IMG/VR virus record: IMGVR_UViG_2718218398_000003
DNA from: a virus
Taxonomy: Duplodnaviria; Heunggongvirae; Uroviricota; Caudoviricetes
Strand: one strand, 5' to 3'
DNA length: 45,775 nucleotides
The position numbers were made by a program, and so were the translations under genes. How positions within the stretch are numbered: the stretch's first letter is position 1; each line of letters opens with the position of its first letter. The notes under the pieces are model-generated. The model was not told the DNA's origin, did not search any database, and was given only the letters and a program-made list of their open reading frames with translations. Shown here in pieces: positions 26,973 through 39,658 of the stretch.

Positions 26973-27296
26973 ATGGCAAAGAATTTTGTAGAAGAAGGAA
27001 AAACGGTGGCGATTGTTGCCAGTGCAGCCATCAGCAGCGGAGATCTGGTGCAGGTGGGTGATGTTTTTGCGGTGGCGCTGACCGATATTCCACAGGGTGA
27101 AACAGGCGACGGTATGACCGAAGGTGTGTTTATGCTGCCTAAGCTGAAAACGGATGACATGAAAACGGGTAAGAAGGTTTATCTGAAGTCCGGAAAAGTT
27201 CAGCTGACTAACAGCGGCTCTGATCCGCTGGTCGGGGTTGTCTGGGCAGATGCCGGAACCAGTGCAGAAGAAGTGCCGGTAAAACTCAATGTCTGA
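26973..27296 (+). CDS. small head-module protein (possibly decoration/cement-type)
   Basis: Start MAKNFVEEGK with GGAG 6 nt upstream (track start 26928 lies in the terminator); 107 aa; position between capsid and head-tail connector genes. Confidence 0.5.
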   Translation: MAKNFVEEGKTVAIVASAAISSGDLVQVGDVFAVALTDIPQGETGDGMTEGVFMLPKLKTDDMKTGKKVYLKSGKVQLTNSGSDPLVGVVWADAGTSAEEVPVKLNV

Positions 27297-27564
27297 TCCC
27301 TTTTCCCGGCTGGCAGCGCGTATGGATGCTATCACGGTCAGAAAGATGGGAAAGCCAGCCTCGATTAATGATGTCGATATGACCGTGATCCCGGGAGAAA
27401 CACTGGCAGAGCTGAATGCTCTGTCCGGACCTGCGGTCTCTCTGGTGGTGTTTTCTTCGGGATACCGCCCACGGCGCGGGGATCGCGTTGTTTATGACGG
27501 ACAACAATGGACGGTCACACGGCATGAACGCTTTAACGGTAAGCCAATGATCTTTATTGAGTAA
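27289..27564 (+). CDS. head-tail connector / head completion protein (FII-like position)
   Basis: 91 aa, overlapping neighbours, immediately upstream of Z. Confidence 0.55.
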   Translation: MSDPFSRLAARMDAITVRKMGKPASINDVDMTVIPGETLAELNALSGPAVSLVVFSSGYRPRRGDRVVYDGQQWTVTRHERFNGKPMIFIE

Positions 27565-27575
27565 AGAGGTGTGGG

Positions 27576-28154
27576 ATGAAGGGGCTTGAGAATGCCATCC
27601 GTAATCTGAACAGCCTTGATACCCGTATGGTGCCACAGGCCAGCGCATGGGCGATAAATCGTGTGGCACAGAAAGCGGTCTCGGTCGCCACCCGGCAGGT
27701 TGCCGGGAATACCGTTGCGGGAGATAACCAGGTGAAAGGGATCCCCCTGAAACTGGTACGTCAGCGTGTCCGGGTGTTTAAAGCCAGTCCGTCAGGAAAA
27801 ATGACGGCCAGGATCCGCGTTAACCGGGGCAATCTGCCCGCTATTAAGCTGGGGACAGCCCGGGTCAGACTGGCCCGGCGTGGTGGAAAACTGCAGTACC
27901 GTGGCAGTGTGCTGAAGGTGGGTAAATATCTTTTCCGGGATGCGTTTATTCAGCAACTGGCGAATGGTCGCTGGCATGTGATGCGGCGTATTGATGGCAA
28001 AAATCGTTACCCCATTGATGTGGTGAAAGTCCCGCTGTCCGGACCGCTGACACAGGCATTTGAAGATGCCCGCGACCGCATTATTGCTGCGGAAATGCCG
28101 AAACAGCTGGGGTATGCACTGAAACAACAACTGAGGTTATGGCTGACCCGATGA
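27576..28154 (+). CDS. Z: tail completion protein Z
   Basis: 192 aa; MKGLENAIRNLNSL...NGRWHVMRRIDGKNRYPIDVVKVP... matches lambda gpZ as recalled. Confidence 0.85.
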   Translation: MKGLENAIRNLNSLDTRMVPQASAWAINRVAQKAVSVATRQVAGNTVAGDNQVKGIPLKLVRQRVRVFKASPSGKMTARIRVNRGNLPAIKLGTARVRLARRGGKLQYRGSVLKVGKYLFRDAFIQQLANGRWHVMRRIDGKNRYPIDVVKVPLSGPLTQAFEDARDRIIAAEMPKQLGYALKQQLRLWLTR

Positions 28155-28552
28155 ACCGACATACACAAATCCGCCAGGCCGTACTGGCACGCCTTCGGGA
28201 ACAGTGTGGAGACAGCGCCACGTTTTTTGACGGGCTTCCGGCATTTATTGATGCGCAGGAACTGCCTGCCGTGGCGGTGTGGCTGAGTGATGCTCAGTAC
28301 ACCGGAAAAATGACGGATGAAGATGACTGGCAGGCTGTTCTGCATATTGCTGTCTTCATCCGGGCACAGGCACCGGATTCAGCGCTGGATATGTGGATGG
28401 AGAGCACCATTTTCCCGGCTCTGAATGATATACCGGCACTTTCCGGACTCATCGACACCCTGATCCCTCTCGGTTTTAACTATCAACGTGATAATGAGAT
28501 GGCCACCTGGGCGATGGCGGAAATCACGTACCAGATCACGTACACGAATTAA
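28139..28552 (+). CDS. U: tail terminator protein U
   Basis: 137 aa; ...ATFFDGLPAFIDAQELPAVAVWL...PALSGLIDTL... matches lambda gpU as recalled. Confidence 0.85.
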   Translation: MADPMNRHTQIRQAVLARLREQCGDSATFFDGLPAFIDAQELPAVAVWLSDAQYTGKMTDEDDWQAVLHIAVFIRAQAPDSALDMWMESTIFPALNDIPALSGLIDTLIPLGFNYQRDNEMATWAMAEITYQITYTN

Positions 28553-28557
28553 AGGAG

Positions 28558-29307
28558 GTGGCAATGACCACACCAAATCCACTGGCAAAAACGAAAGGTG
28601 CGGGAACGACGTTCTGGATGTACACCGGCAAGGGCGATGCGTTTGCGAACCCTTTATCGGACACTGACTGGCTGCGTCTTGCGATGGTGAAGGATCTGCA
28701 ACCTGGCGAAATGACCGCTGATGCAGAAGATGACACTTATCTCGATGATGAAGATGCAGACTGGAAAACGACAACCCAGGGGCAGAAATCCGTCGGTGAT
28801 ACTTCGGCGACGCTGGCCTGGCGTCCGGGTGACAGCGGGCAGAAAAAACTGGTTCAGTTGTTCGACTCCGGTGAAGTCTGCGCGTTTCGTATCAAATATC
28901 CCAACGGCACTGTTGATGTTTTCCGTGGCTGGCTGAGCTCACTGGGTAAAACCATTGCCTCAAAAGACGTGATGACCCGCACAGTGAAAATCAGCGGTGT
29001 GGGGCGTCCGTATCTGGCAGAGGAAGGCACTGAAACAGTGAGCGTTACCGGGCTGACGGTGGCACCGGCATCTGCCAGTGTAAAAGTGGGAGCAACCACC
29101 ACGCTGACCTTTACAGTAAAACCTGACGGAGCCAGTGACAAAGCGATCAGTGTGCATTCGACAGATCCACAGACTGCCACGGTGACCCTGAACGGGCTTG
29201 TGGCCACGGTGAAAGGCGTGAAGCAGGGCAGTGTCAGCATTGTGGGTATGACTTCTGACGGCGATTTTGTGGCAGTGGCTGCGGTGGCTGTCAGCGCCGC
29301 AGGTTAA
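28558..29307 (+). CDS. V: major tail protein V (with C-terminal Ig-like domain)
   Basis: 249 aa; lambda gpV-like N-domain and C-terminal Big_2-like domain (...VTGLTVAPASASVKVGATTTLTFTVKPDGASD...). Confidence 0.9.
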   Translation: MAMTTPNPLAKTKGAGTTFWMYTGKGDAFANPLSDTDWLRLAMVKDLQPGEMTADAEDDTYLDDEDADWKTTTQGQKSVGDTSATLAWRPGDSGQKKLVQLFDSGEVCAFRIKYPNGTVDVFRGWLSSLGKTIASKDVMTRTVKISGVGRPYLAEEGTETVSVTGLTVAPASASVKVGATTTLTFTVKPDGASDKAISVHSTDPQTATVTLNGLVATVKGVKQGSVSIVGMTSDGDFVAVAAVAVSAAG

Positions 29308-29327
29308 CAGGACGATACTCATCATTT

Positions 29328-29351
29328 GCCCCGGTTATCCGGGGCTTTTTT
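29328..29351 (+). terminator. intrinsic terminator after V
   Basis: GCCCCGG-ttat-CCGGGGC followed by TTTTTT. Confidence 0.85.
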
Positions 29352-29367
29352 GCAGGTGGAGAACATG

Positions 29368-29754
29368 ATGTTTCTGAAACAGGGCACGTTTAATTATGAA
29401 AAGCAGTCCGTGGTGCTCAGTGAGCTGTCCGGGCTGCAGAGAATTGAATATCTGGCGTTTGTTCAGCAGCGAACGGCAAAGTTTGATGCCGGGGAGGGAG
29501 AACTGCCGGAGGCTGAACGACAGATTGCTTTTCTGCGGATGGGGATGGATATCAATGCCTGGCTGGTTTCCCGCTCACTGTGGAATGCGGAACAGTCTCA
29601 GGATGTTGAGACGCTTTGCGCATCCGTTATTACAACATGGTCGTATGATGCCCTGGGAGCGGGGGCGGAGATGGTTCTGTCGCTGAGCGGTATGGGAGCC
29701 ATTGAGAATGCCGGGGATTTGGAGCATGAGGTGCTGACGCCGGAAAAGTCCTGA
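29368..29754 (+). CDS. G: tail assembly chaperone G
   Basis: MFLKQGTFNYEK...VVLSELSGLQRIEYLAF...AWLVSRSLWN... matches lambda gpG; start at the ATG 6 nt after GGAG. Confidence 0.85.
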   Translation: MFLKQGTFNYEKQSVVLSELSGLQRIEYLAFVQQRTAKFDAGEGELPEAERQIAFLRMGMDINAWLVSRSLWNAEQSQDVETLCASVITTWSYDALGAGAEMVLSLSGMGAIENAGDLEHEVLTPEKS

Positions 29755-30092
29755 CGTGGGAAATGCAGTTTGTCATGCGGCTTGCCCGGGAGTTCCGGCG
29801 GGCAGACTGGCGGCGGATGCTGTCGGAAATGTCGGCCACTGAGCTTGGTGAATGGGGCGATTATTTCCGGATGCAGAGCTTCAGTGATGTGTGGATGGAT
29901 GCGCAGTTTGCCTCGCTGAAGGCATTGATCGTGAGAATGGTGTCCGGTAGCAGTGATGCTGCGGTGGCTGATTTCAGCCTTTTACCGGAAGAGAACGGGA
30001 TACCGGAGCGAACGGACGAAGAACTGATGCATCTTGGGGAAGGTATTTCCGGAGGTGTGCGTTATGGACCAGATAGCCAACCTGGTCATTGA
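29368..30092 (+). CDS. T: tail assembly chaperone G-T fusion made by programmed -1 frameshift
   Basis: The -1 frame is open only from 29730 and continues to 30092 encoding a gpT-like sequence (...MRLAREFRRADWRRMLSEMSATE...GGVRYGP...); slip-prone GGAAAAG at 29742-29748 lies 4 nt before the G stop, as in lambda. Confidence 0.7.
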
Positions 30093-33000
30093 TTTGGGGA
30101 TTGATGCGGCAGAGTTTAAAAATGAAATTCCCCGTATCAAAAACCTTCTGAATGGTGCAGCCAGCGATGCAGAACGGTCTTCTGCCCGTATGCAGCGTTT
30201 TATGGAGCGTCAGACTCAGGCCGCCCGGCAGACAATGCAGGCGGCTTCTTCGGCTGCAACAGCCGCATCCGTCCATGCGCAGACGGTGGAGAAGAGCGCA
30301 CAGGCTCATGAACGCATGGCCCGCGAGGTGGAGCAAACCCGCCAGCGTATGGAGGCACTGAGCCAGAAAATGCGCGAGGAACAGGCGCAGGCCATGGCTC
30401 TGGCGGAGGCTCAGGATAAAGCGGCTGCCGCGTTTTATCGTCAGATTGACAGTGTGAAACAGGCCAGTGCGGGGCTGCAGGAATTACAGCGTATTCAGCA
30501 GCAGATCCGACAGGCCAGAAACAGTGGCGGGATTGGTCAGCAGGATTATCTGGCGCTGATTTCTGAGGTTACGGCGAAAACCCGTGTTCTTACACAGGCT
30601 GAGGAAGAGGCTACCCGACAGAAAGTGGCGTTTATCCGTCAGCTTAAAGAGCAGGCAACCCGCCAGAATCTTTCTTCTTCTGAGTTGCTTCGTGCTAAGG
30701 CTGCCCAGCTGGGGGTAAGCAGTGCTGCAGAAGTGTATATCCGCAAAATGGAGCAGGCAGGAAAAGCAACGCATTCGCTGGGTCTGAAAAGTGCAGCGGC
30801 CCGTCAGGAGATAGGCGTTCTGATAGGTGAACTGGCCCGCGGCAATTTAGGTGCGCTGAGGGGATCCGGAATAACGCTGGCTAACCGTGCCGGATGGATA
30901 GACACATTGATGTCACCGAAAGGCATGATGCTTGGCGGGGTTATTGGCGGTATTGCCGCGGCTGTCTATGGTCTGGGTAAAGCCTGGTATGACGGTCAGA
31001 AGGAGGGGGAAGAATTTAACCGCCAGCTGTCGCTGACGGGGCATTATGCCGGAGTCACTGCCGGGCAGCTGTGGACGCTCAGTCGTGCTATTTCCGGGAA
31101 TGGTATCACGCAACATGCTGCAGCCGGTGCGCTGGCTCAGGTGGTGGGGAGTGGTGCATTTCGTGGAAACGATATCGGTATGGTGGCGAGAGCTGCCGCA
31201 CAGATGGAGCGATCGGTTGGCCAGTCGGTCAGCGATACCATAAATCAGTTTAAGCGGCTGAAGGATGATCCTGTAAATGCCGCGAAGGCTCTGGACAATG
31301 AGCTGCATTTTCTTACTGCCACTCAGCTTGAGCAGATACGCGTCCTTGGGGAACAGGGGCGGTCCAGTGATGCGGCACGGATAGCCATGTCTGCACTGGC
31401 AGAGGAAACCGGTCGGCGTACTGCGGATATTGATAATAACCTCAATGCGCTGGGCAGTACGCTGAAGTATCTGTCTGATTTATGGAGTCGTTTCTGGGAT
31501 GCGGCCATGAATATTGGTCGTGAAGACTCGCTGGATGAACAGATTTCCGCTTTACAGGAGAAAGTGTCGCGGGCGAAAAGACTCCCCTGGACGGCATCAT
31601 CTTCTCAGGTTGAGTACGATCAGCAGCGTCTTAACGAGCTTCAGGAGAAAAAACGCCAGAAGGATTTGCAGGATGCAAAAGAGCAGGCAGAGCGGAATTA
31701 TCAGGAGCAACAGAAACGCCGTAATGCTGAAAATGCTGCACTGAACCGGATGAATGAAACGGAAGCAGCACGACATCAGCGTGAAATTGCGCGTATTAAT
31801 GCCATGCAGTACGCCGATCAGGCTGTCAGGGATGCGGCGATACAACGTGAAAATGAACGTTACGAGAAAGCCCTGGCATCCGGTAAGAAAAAAACACGCG
31901 AAACCCGTAATGATGAGGCCACCCGGTTATTGCTGCAGTACAGTCAGCAACAGGCACAGGTGGAAGGACAGATTGCTGCTGCAAGACAGTCAGCAGGCAT
32001 TGCCACTGACAGGATGACAGAAGCGCATAAACAGCTTCTGGCTCTGCAGCAGCGCATCAGCGATCTGGACGGGAAAAAACTGACGGCAGATGAAAAGAGT
32101 GTGCTGGCCCGTAAAGATGAACTGATTCAGGCACTGACGCTGCTGGATGTAAAACAGCAGGAGCTTCAGAAACAGACGGCACTCAACGATCTGAAGAAAA
32201 AAACAATTCAGCTGACCAGTCAACTGGCTGAAGAAGAGCGCGCTCAGCGTCAGCAACATGACCTGGATATCGCCACGGTGGGTATGGGTGATCAGCAGCG
32301 GCAGCGATATCAGGTACAACTGAGCCTTCGCCAGAAATACCAGCAACAGCTGGAGCAGTTGAGGCGGGATAGTGAGCAGAAAGGGACATATAACACGGAT
32401 GACTACAGAAAGGCCGAGCAGGCGCTGACGGAGAGCCTGAACAGGCAACTGAATGAGAATCGCCGTTACTGGCAACAGCTTGAAATTGCTCAGGGTAACT
32501 GGAAAAACGGTGCCATGCGGGCGTTTCAGAATTTCACGGCAGATGCGGATAATGCGGCAGGCACTGCGGAGCAGATGCTTACAGCGGCATTTAATAGTGC
32601 AGGTAATGCACTGGCTACATTCTGTACCACCGGAAAACTGAACTTCAAATCTTTTACCGCCTCGCTCCTTTCTGATCTGGCAAAAATCATGGCTCAGATG
32701 TCCATGATGCAGGCAGTTAAGGGGATTGGTTCGGCGTTTGGCTGGGGGAGTGCAGCAACTGCCAGTGTGACGCCCAATGCTGATGGTGGTGTTTATCAGT
32801 CTGCTGATTTGAGTCGCTACAGTGGCACGGTGGTTAACCGTCCGACGTTTTTTGCTTTTGCAAAAGGTGCAGGTGTGATGGGGGAAGCTGGGCCTGAAGC
32901 CATTCTGCCTCTGCGTCGTGGTGCTGACGGTAAGCTGGGGGTTGTGGCGGATATTGGTGGTTCAGGTATGGCGATGTTTGCCCCGCAGTACAACATCGAG

Positions 33001-33138
33001 ATCAATAACGATGGCACGAACGGGCAGATAGGTCCGGCTGCCCTGAAGGTGGTTTATGACCTCGGGAAAAAAGCAGCAGCGGACTTTATGCAACAGCAGG
33101 CCCGTGATGGTGGTCGGTTAAGTGGAGCATATCGGTAA
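30064..33138 (+). CDS. H: tail tape measure protein H
   Basis: about 1024 aa, highly helical and Gln/Ala/Arg-rich; C-terminus ...NNDGTNGQIGPAALKVVYDLGKK...DGGRLSGAYR matches lambda gpH; ATG with GGAGG 9 nt upstream. Confidence 0.9.
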   Translation: MDQIANLVIDLGIDAAEFKNEIPRIKNLLNGAASDAERSSARMQRFMERQTQAARQTMQAASSAATAASVHAQTVEKSAQAHERMAREVEQTRQRMEALSQKMREEQAQAMALAEAQDKAAAAFYRQIDSVKQASAGLQELQRIQQQIRQARNSGGIGQQDYLALISEVTAKTRVLTQAEEEATRQKVAFIRQLKEQATRQNLSSSELLRAKAAQLGVSSAAEVYIRKMEQAGKATHSLGLKSAAARQEIGVLIGELARGNLGALRGSGITLANRAGWIDTLMSPKGMMLGGVIGGIAAAVYGLGKAWYDGQKEGEEFNRQLSLTGHYAGVTAGQLWTLSRAISGNGITQHAAAGALAQVVGSGAFRGNDIGMVARAAAQMERSVGQSVSDTINQFKRLKDDPVNAAKALDNELHFLTATQLEQIRVLGEQGRSSDAARIAMSALAEETGRRTADIDNNLNALGSTLKYLSDLWSRFWDAAMNIGREDSLDEQISALQEKVSRAKRLPWTASSSQVEYDQQRLNELQEKKRQKDLQDAKEQAERNYQEQQKRRNAENAALNRMNETEAARHQREIARINAMQYADQAVRDAAIQRENERYEKALASGKKKTRETRNDEATRLLLQYSQQQAQVEGQIAAARQSAGIATDRMTEAHKQLLALQQRISDLDGKKLTADEKSVLARKDELIQALTLLDVKQQELQKQTALNDLKKKTIQLTSQLAEEERAQRQQHDLDIATVGMGDQQRQRYQVQLSLRQKYQQQLEQLRRDSEQKGTYNTDDYRKAEQALTESLNRQLNENRRYWQQLEIAQGNWKNGAMRAFQNFTADADNAAGTAEQMLTAAFNSAGNALATFCTTGKLNFKSFTASLLSDLAKIMAQMSMMQAVKGIGSAFGWGSAATASVTPNADGGVYQSADLSRYSGTVVNRPTFFAFAKGAGVMGEAGPEAILPLRRGADGKLGVVADIGGSGMAMFAPQYNIEINNDGTNGQIGPAALKVVYDLGKKAAADFMQQQARDGGRLSGAYR

Positions 33139-33467
33139 TGGAGACGTTTCACTGGAAAGTGCGCCCGGATATGAATGTGGTATCAGAGCCGAAAGTGGTG
33201 ACAGTGAAGCTGGGCGATGGTTATGAACAGCGTCGTGCGGCGGGACTGAATAACCAGTTGTCGACTTACAGCGTGACGATACGTGTTCGTAAATGTGAAC
33301 ACCCATCTTTAAAAGCCTTTCTGGAACGGCACGGTGGCGTCCGCGCATTTCAGTGGACGCCACCTTATGACTGGAAACCGATTAGGGTGGTTTGTCGTAA
33401 ATGGTCGGCAAGCGTGGGGGCGCTGTGGGTAACCATAACGGCAGATTTTGAACAGGTCGTGGCATAG
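33138..33467 (+). CDS. M: minor tail protein M
   Basis: 109 aa; METFHWKVRPDMNVVSEPKVV...FEQVVA matches lambda gpM. Confidence 0.9.
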   Translation: METFHWKVRPDMNVVSEPKVVTVKLGDGYEQRRAAGLNNQLSTYSVTIRVRKCEHPSLKAFLERHGGVRAFQWTPPYDWKPIRVVCRKWSASVGALWVTITADFEQVVA

Positions 33468-33476
33468 GAGGCTCTG

Positions 33477-34175
33477 ATGCAGGATATTCCACAGGAAACA
33501 CATCATGAGACGACACGCCTCACTCAGTCAGCCCAGGTGGTGCTCTGGGAAATCGATCTGACAGAGGTCGGTGGTGAACGTTATTTTTTCTGTAATGAGC
33601 AGAACGAAAAAGGTGAGCCGGTCACCTGGCAGAGACGACAGTATCAGCCGTATCCCATTCAGGGGACGGGATTTGAACTGAACGGCAAGGGCAGTGCTGC
33701 CCGTCCGACACTGACGGTTTCTAACCTGCACGGTATGGTCACCGGGATGGCGGAAGAGCTGCAGAGTCTGGTCGGCGGAACGGTGGTCCGGCGTAAGGTT
33801 TACGCCCGTTTTCTGGATGCGGTGAACTTCGTCAACGGAAACAGTGACGCCGACCCGGAGCAGGAGGTGATCAGCCGCTGGCGCATCGAGCAGTGCAGCG
33901 AACTGAGCGCGGTCAGTGCCTCTTTTGTACTGGCCACGCCGACGGAAACGGACGGCGCTGTTTTTCCGGGACGTATCATGCTGGCCAACACCTGCACCTG
34001 GACCTATCGCGGCGATGAGTGCGGTTATCACGGTCCGGCGGTCGCGGATGAATATGACCAGCCAACGTCCGATATCACGAAGGATAAATGCAGCAAATGC
34101 CTGAGCGGTTGTAAGTTCCGCAATAACGTCGGCAACTTTGGCGGCTTCCTTTCCATTAACAAACTTTCGCAGTAA
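33477..34175 (+). CDS. L: minor tail protein L
   Basis: 232 aa; lambda gpL-like, including the C-terminal Cys cluster (...CTWTYRGDECGYHG...CSKCLSGC...). Confidence 0.9.
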   Translation: MQDIPQETHHETTRLTQSAQVVLWEIDLTEVGGERYFFCNEQNEKGEPVTWQRRQYQPYPIQGTGFELNGKGSAARPTLTVSNLHGMVTGMAEELQSLVGGTVVRRKVYARFLDAVNFVNGNSDADPEQEVISRWRIEQCSELSAVSASFVLATPTETDGAVFPGRIMLANTCTWTYRGDECGYHGPAVADEYDQPTSDITKDKCSKCLSGCKFRNNVGNFGGFLSINKLSQ

Positions 34176-34180
34176 ATCCC

Positions 34181-34924
34181 ATGACAGAGACAGAATCAGC
34201 GATTCTGGCGCACGCCCGGCGATGTGCGCCAGCGGAGTCGTGCGGCTTCGTGGTGAGAACGCCGGAGGGAGAAAGATATTTTCCCTGCGTGAATATCTCC
34301 GGTGAGCCGGAGGAGTATTTCCGGATGTCGCCGGAGGACTGGCTGCAGGCAGAAATGCAGGGTGAGATTGTGGCGCTGGTCCACAGCCACCCCGGTGGTC
34401 TGCCCTGGCTGAGTGAGACTGACCGGCGGCTGCAGGTGCAGAGTGATTTGCCGTGGTGGCTGGTCTGCCGGGGTGAGATTCATAAATTCCGCTGTGTGCC
34501 GCATCTCACCGGGCGGCGCTTTGAGCACGGGGTGACGGACTGTTACACGCTGTTCCGGGATGCTTACCATCTGGCGGGGATTGAGATGCCGGATTTTCAT
34601 CGCGGGGATGACTGGTGGCGTAACGGTCAGAATCTCTATCTGGATAATCTGGAGGCTACAGGGCTGTATCAGGTGCCGTTGTCAGCGGCGCAGCCGGGCG
34701 ATGTGCTGCTGTGCTGTTTTGGTTCATCGGTGCCGAATCATGCCGCTATTTACTGCGGCGACGGCGAGCTGCTGCACCATATTCCTGAACAACTGAGCAA
34801 ACGAGAGAGGTATACCGACAAATGGCAGCGACGCACACACTCCCTCTGGCGTCACCGGGCATGGCACGCATCTGCCTTTACGGGGATTTGCAACGATTTG
34901 GCCGCCGCATCGACCTTCGTGTGA
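34181..34924 (+). CDS. K: tail tip assembly protein K (MPN/JAMM plus NlpC/P60 domains)
   Basis: ...EIVALVHSHPGG... JAMM-like motif and the Cys/His hydrolase region; matches lambda gpK. Confidence 0.85.
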   Translation: MTETESAILAHARRCAPAESCGFVVRTPEGERYFPCVNISGEPEEYFRMSPEDWLQAEMQGEIVALVHSHPGGLPWLSETDRRLQVQSDLPWWLVCRGEIHKFRCVPHLTGRRFEHGVTDCYTLFRDAYHLAGIEMPDFHRGDDWWRNGQNLYLDNLEATGLYQVPLSAAQPGDVLLCCFGSSVPNHAAIYCGDGELLHHIPEQLSKRERYTDKWQRRTHSLWRHRAWHASAFTGICNDLAAASTFV

Positions 34925-35469
34925 AAACGGGGGCCGAAGCCATCCGGGCGCTGGCCACTCAGCTCCCGGCGTTTCGTCAGAAACTGAATAAGGGCTGGTA
35001 TCAGGTGCGCATTGCCGGGCGTGATGCAGGCGAAAATGAATTATCTGCCCGTCTTAATGAGCCGCTGGCAAATGGTGCCGTGATCCACATCGTGCCGCGT
35101 CTGGCGGGAGCTAAAAGTGGCGGTGTGTTTCAGGTGGTGCTTGGGGCGGCGCTGATTGCGGTGGCATGGTGGAACCCTGTGGGCTGGCTGGGTGCCGCGG
35201 CTGTATCGGGCATGTATGCGGCAGGGGCCAGTATGATCCTGGGCGGAGTGGCGCAGATGCTGGCACCGAAAGCCAGGACGCCCACGGCAGCCAGTACAGA
35301 TAACGGCAAACAGAACACCTATTTCTCCTCACTGGATAACATGGTTGCCCAGGGCAATGTTTTGCCTGTTCTGTACGGTGAAATGCGCGTGGGGTCGCGG
35401 GTGGTTTCTCAGGAGATCAGCACGGCAGATGAAGGGGATGGTGGTCAGGTTGTGGTGATTGGTCGCTGA
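34822..35469 (+). CDS. I: tail tip assembly protein I
   Basis: 215 aa; MAATHTLPLASPGMARICLYGDLQRFGRR... matches lambda gpI as recalled; overlaps the K 3' end. Confidence 0.9.
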   Translation: MAATHTLPLASPGMARICLYGDLQRFGRRIDLRVKTGAEAIRALATQLPAFRQKLNKGWYQVRIAGRDAGENELSARLNEPLANGAVIHIVPRLAGAKSGGVFQVVLGAALIAVAWWNPVGWLGAAAVSGMYAAGASMILGGVAQMLAPKARTPTAASTDNGKQNTYFSSLDNMVAQGNVLPVLYGEMRVGSRVVSQEISTADEGDGGQVVVIGR

Positions 35470-35487
35470 TGCAAAATGTTTTATGTG

Positions 35488-35512
35488 AAACCGCCTCCGG
35501 GCGGTTTTGTCG
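35488..35512 (+). terminator. hairpin plus T-run between I and J (weak terminator/attenuator)
   Basis: CCGCC-tccg-GGCGG followed by TTTTGTCGTTT. Confidence 0.55.
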
Positions 35513-35526
35513 TTTATGGAGCGTGA

Positions 35527-38928
<3,402 letters not shown>

Positions 38929-38946
38929 ATTTTATAACCCAGAACG

Positions 38947-38972
38947 GGCGTCAGAAATGACGCCTTTTTTAT
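38947..38972 (+). terminator. intrinsic terminator after J
   Basis: GGCGTCA-gaaa-TGACGCC followed by TTTTTTATT. Confidence 0.85.
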
Positions 38973-38994
38973 TGCAGAAAAGCGAGAGGTAATT

Positions 38995-39594
38995 ATGCGT
39001 AAACTTTATGCCGCCATTTTGTCCGCAGCCATTTGTCTGGCCGTATCCGGTGCGCCTGCATGGGCGTCTGAACATCAGTCCACGCTGAGCGCGGGGTATC
39101 TTCATGCCCGGACGAACGTTCCCGGCAGTGATGATCTGAACGGGATTAACGTGAAATACCGTTATGAGTTTACGGACACACTGGGGATGGTGACGTCGTT
39201 CAGCTATGCAGGAGACAAGAATCGCCAGATTACCCGTTACAGCGATACCCGCTGGCATGAAGATTCCGTTCGTAACCGCTGGTTCAGCGTAATGGCGGGG
39301 CCGTCTGTGCGCGTGAATGAATGGTTCAGCGCGTATGCGATGGCGGGTGTAGCTTACAGCCGTGTGTCGACTTTCTCCGGGGATTATCTTCGCGTAACTG
39401 ACAACAAGGGGAAAAAGCACGATGTGCTGACCGGAAGTGATGACGGTCGCCACAGCAACACGTCTCTGGCGTGGGGGGCTGGCGTGCAGTTTAACCCGAC
39501 CGAATCCGTGGCCATTGATATTGCTTATGAAGGCTCCGGCAGTGGTGACTGGCGCACTGACGGTTTCATCGTGGGTGTCGGTTATAAATTCTGA
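38995..39594 (+). CDS. lom: Lom/Ail-family outer membrane beta-barrel protein (moron)
   Basis: 199 aa with signal peptide; C-terminus ...[26 protein letters not shown] matches lambda Lom as recalled. Confidence 0.9.
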   Translation: MRKLYAAILSAAICLAVSGAPAWASEHQSTLSAGYLHARTNVPGSDDLNGINVKYRYEFTDTLGMVTSFSYAGDKNRQITRYSDTRWHEDSVRNRWFSVMAGPSVRVNEWFSAYAMAGVAYSRVSTFSGDYLRVTDNKGKKHDVLTGSDDGRHSNTSLAWGAGVQFNPTESVAIDIAYEGSGSGDWRTDGFIVGVGYKF

Positions 39595-39620
39595 TTAGCC
39601 AGGTAACACAGTGTTATGAC

Positions 39621-39648
39621 AGCCCGCCGGTTCAGGCGGGCTTTTTTG
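39621..39648 (+). terminator. intrinsic terminator after lom
   Basis: AGCCCGCC-ggttca-GGCGGGCT followed by TTTTTTG. Confidence 0.85.
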
Positions 39649-39658
39649 TGGGGGGAAT

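Noticed and set aside
31990-32475. Minus-strand ORFs inside the tape measure gene (for example 31990-32475, 30913-31308)
   Set aside because: Antisense to a confidently assigned gene; Leu/Gln-rich composition mirrors the helical repeats of the real protein.
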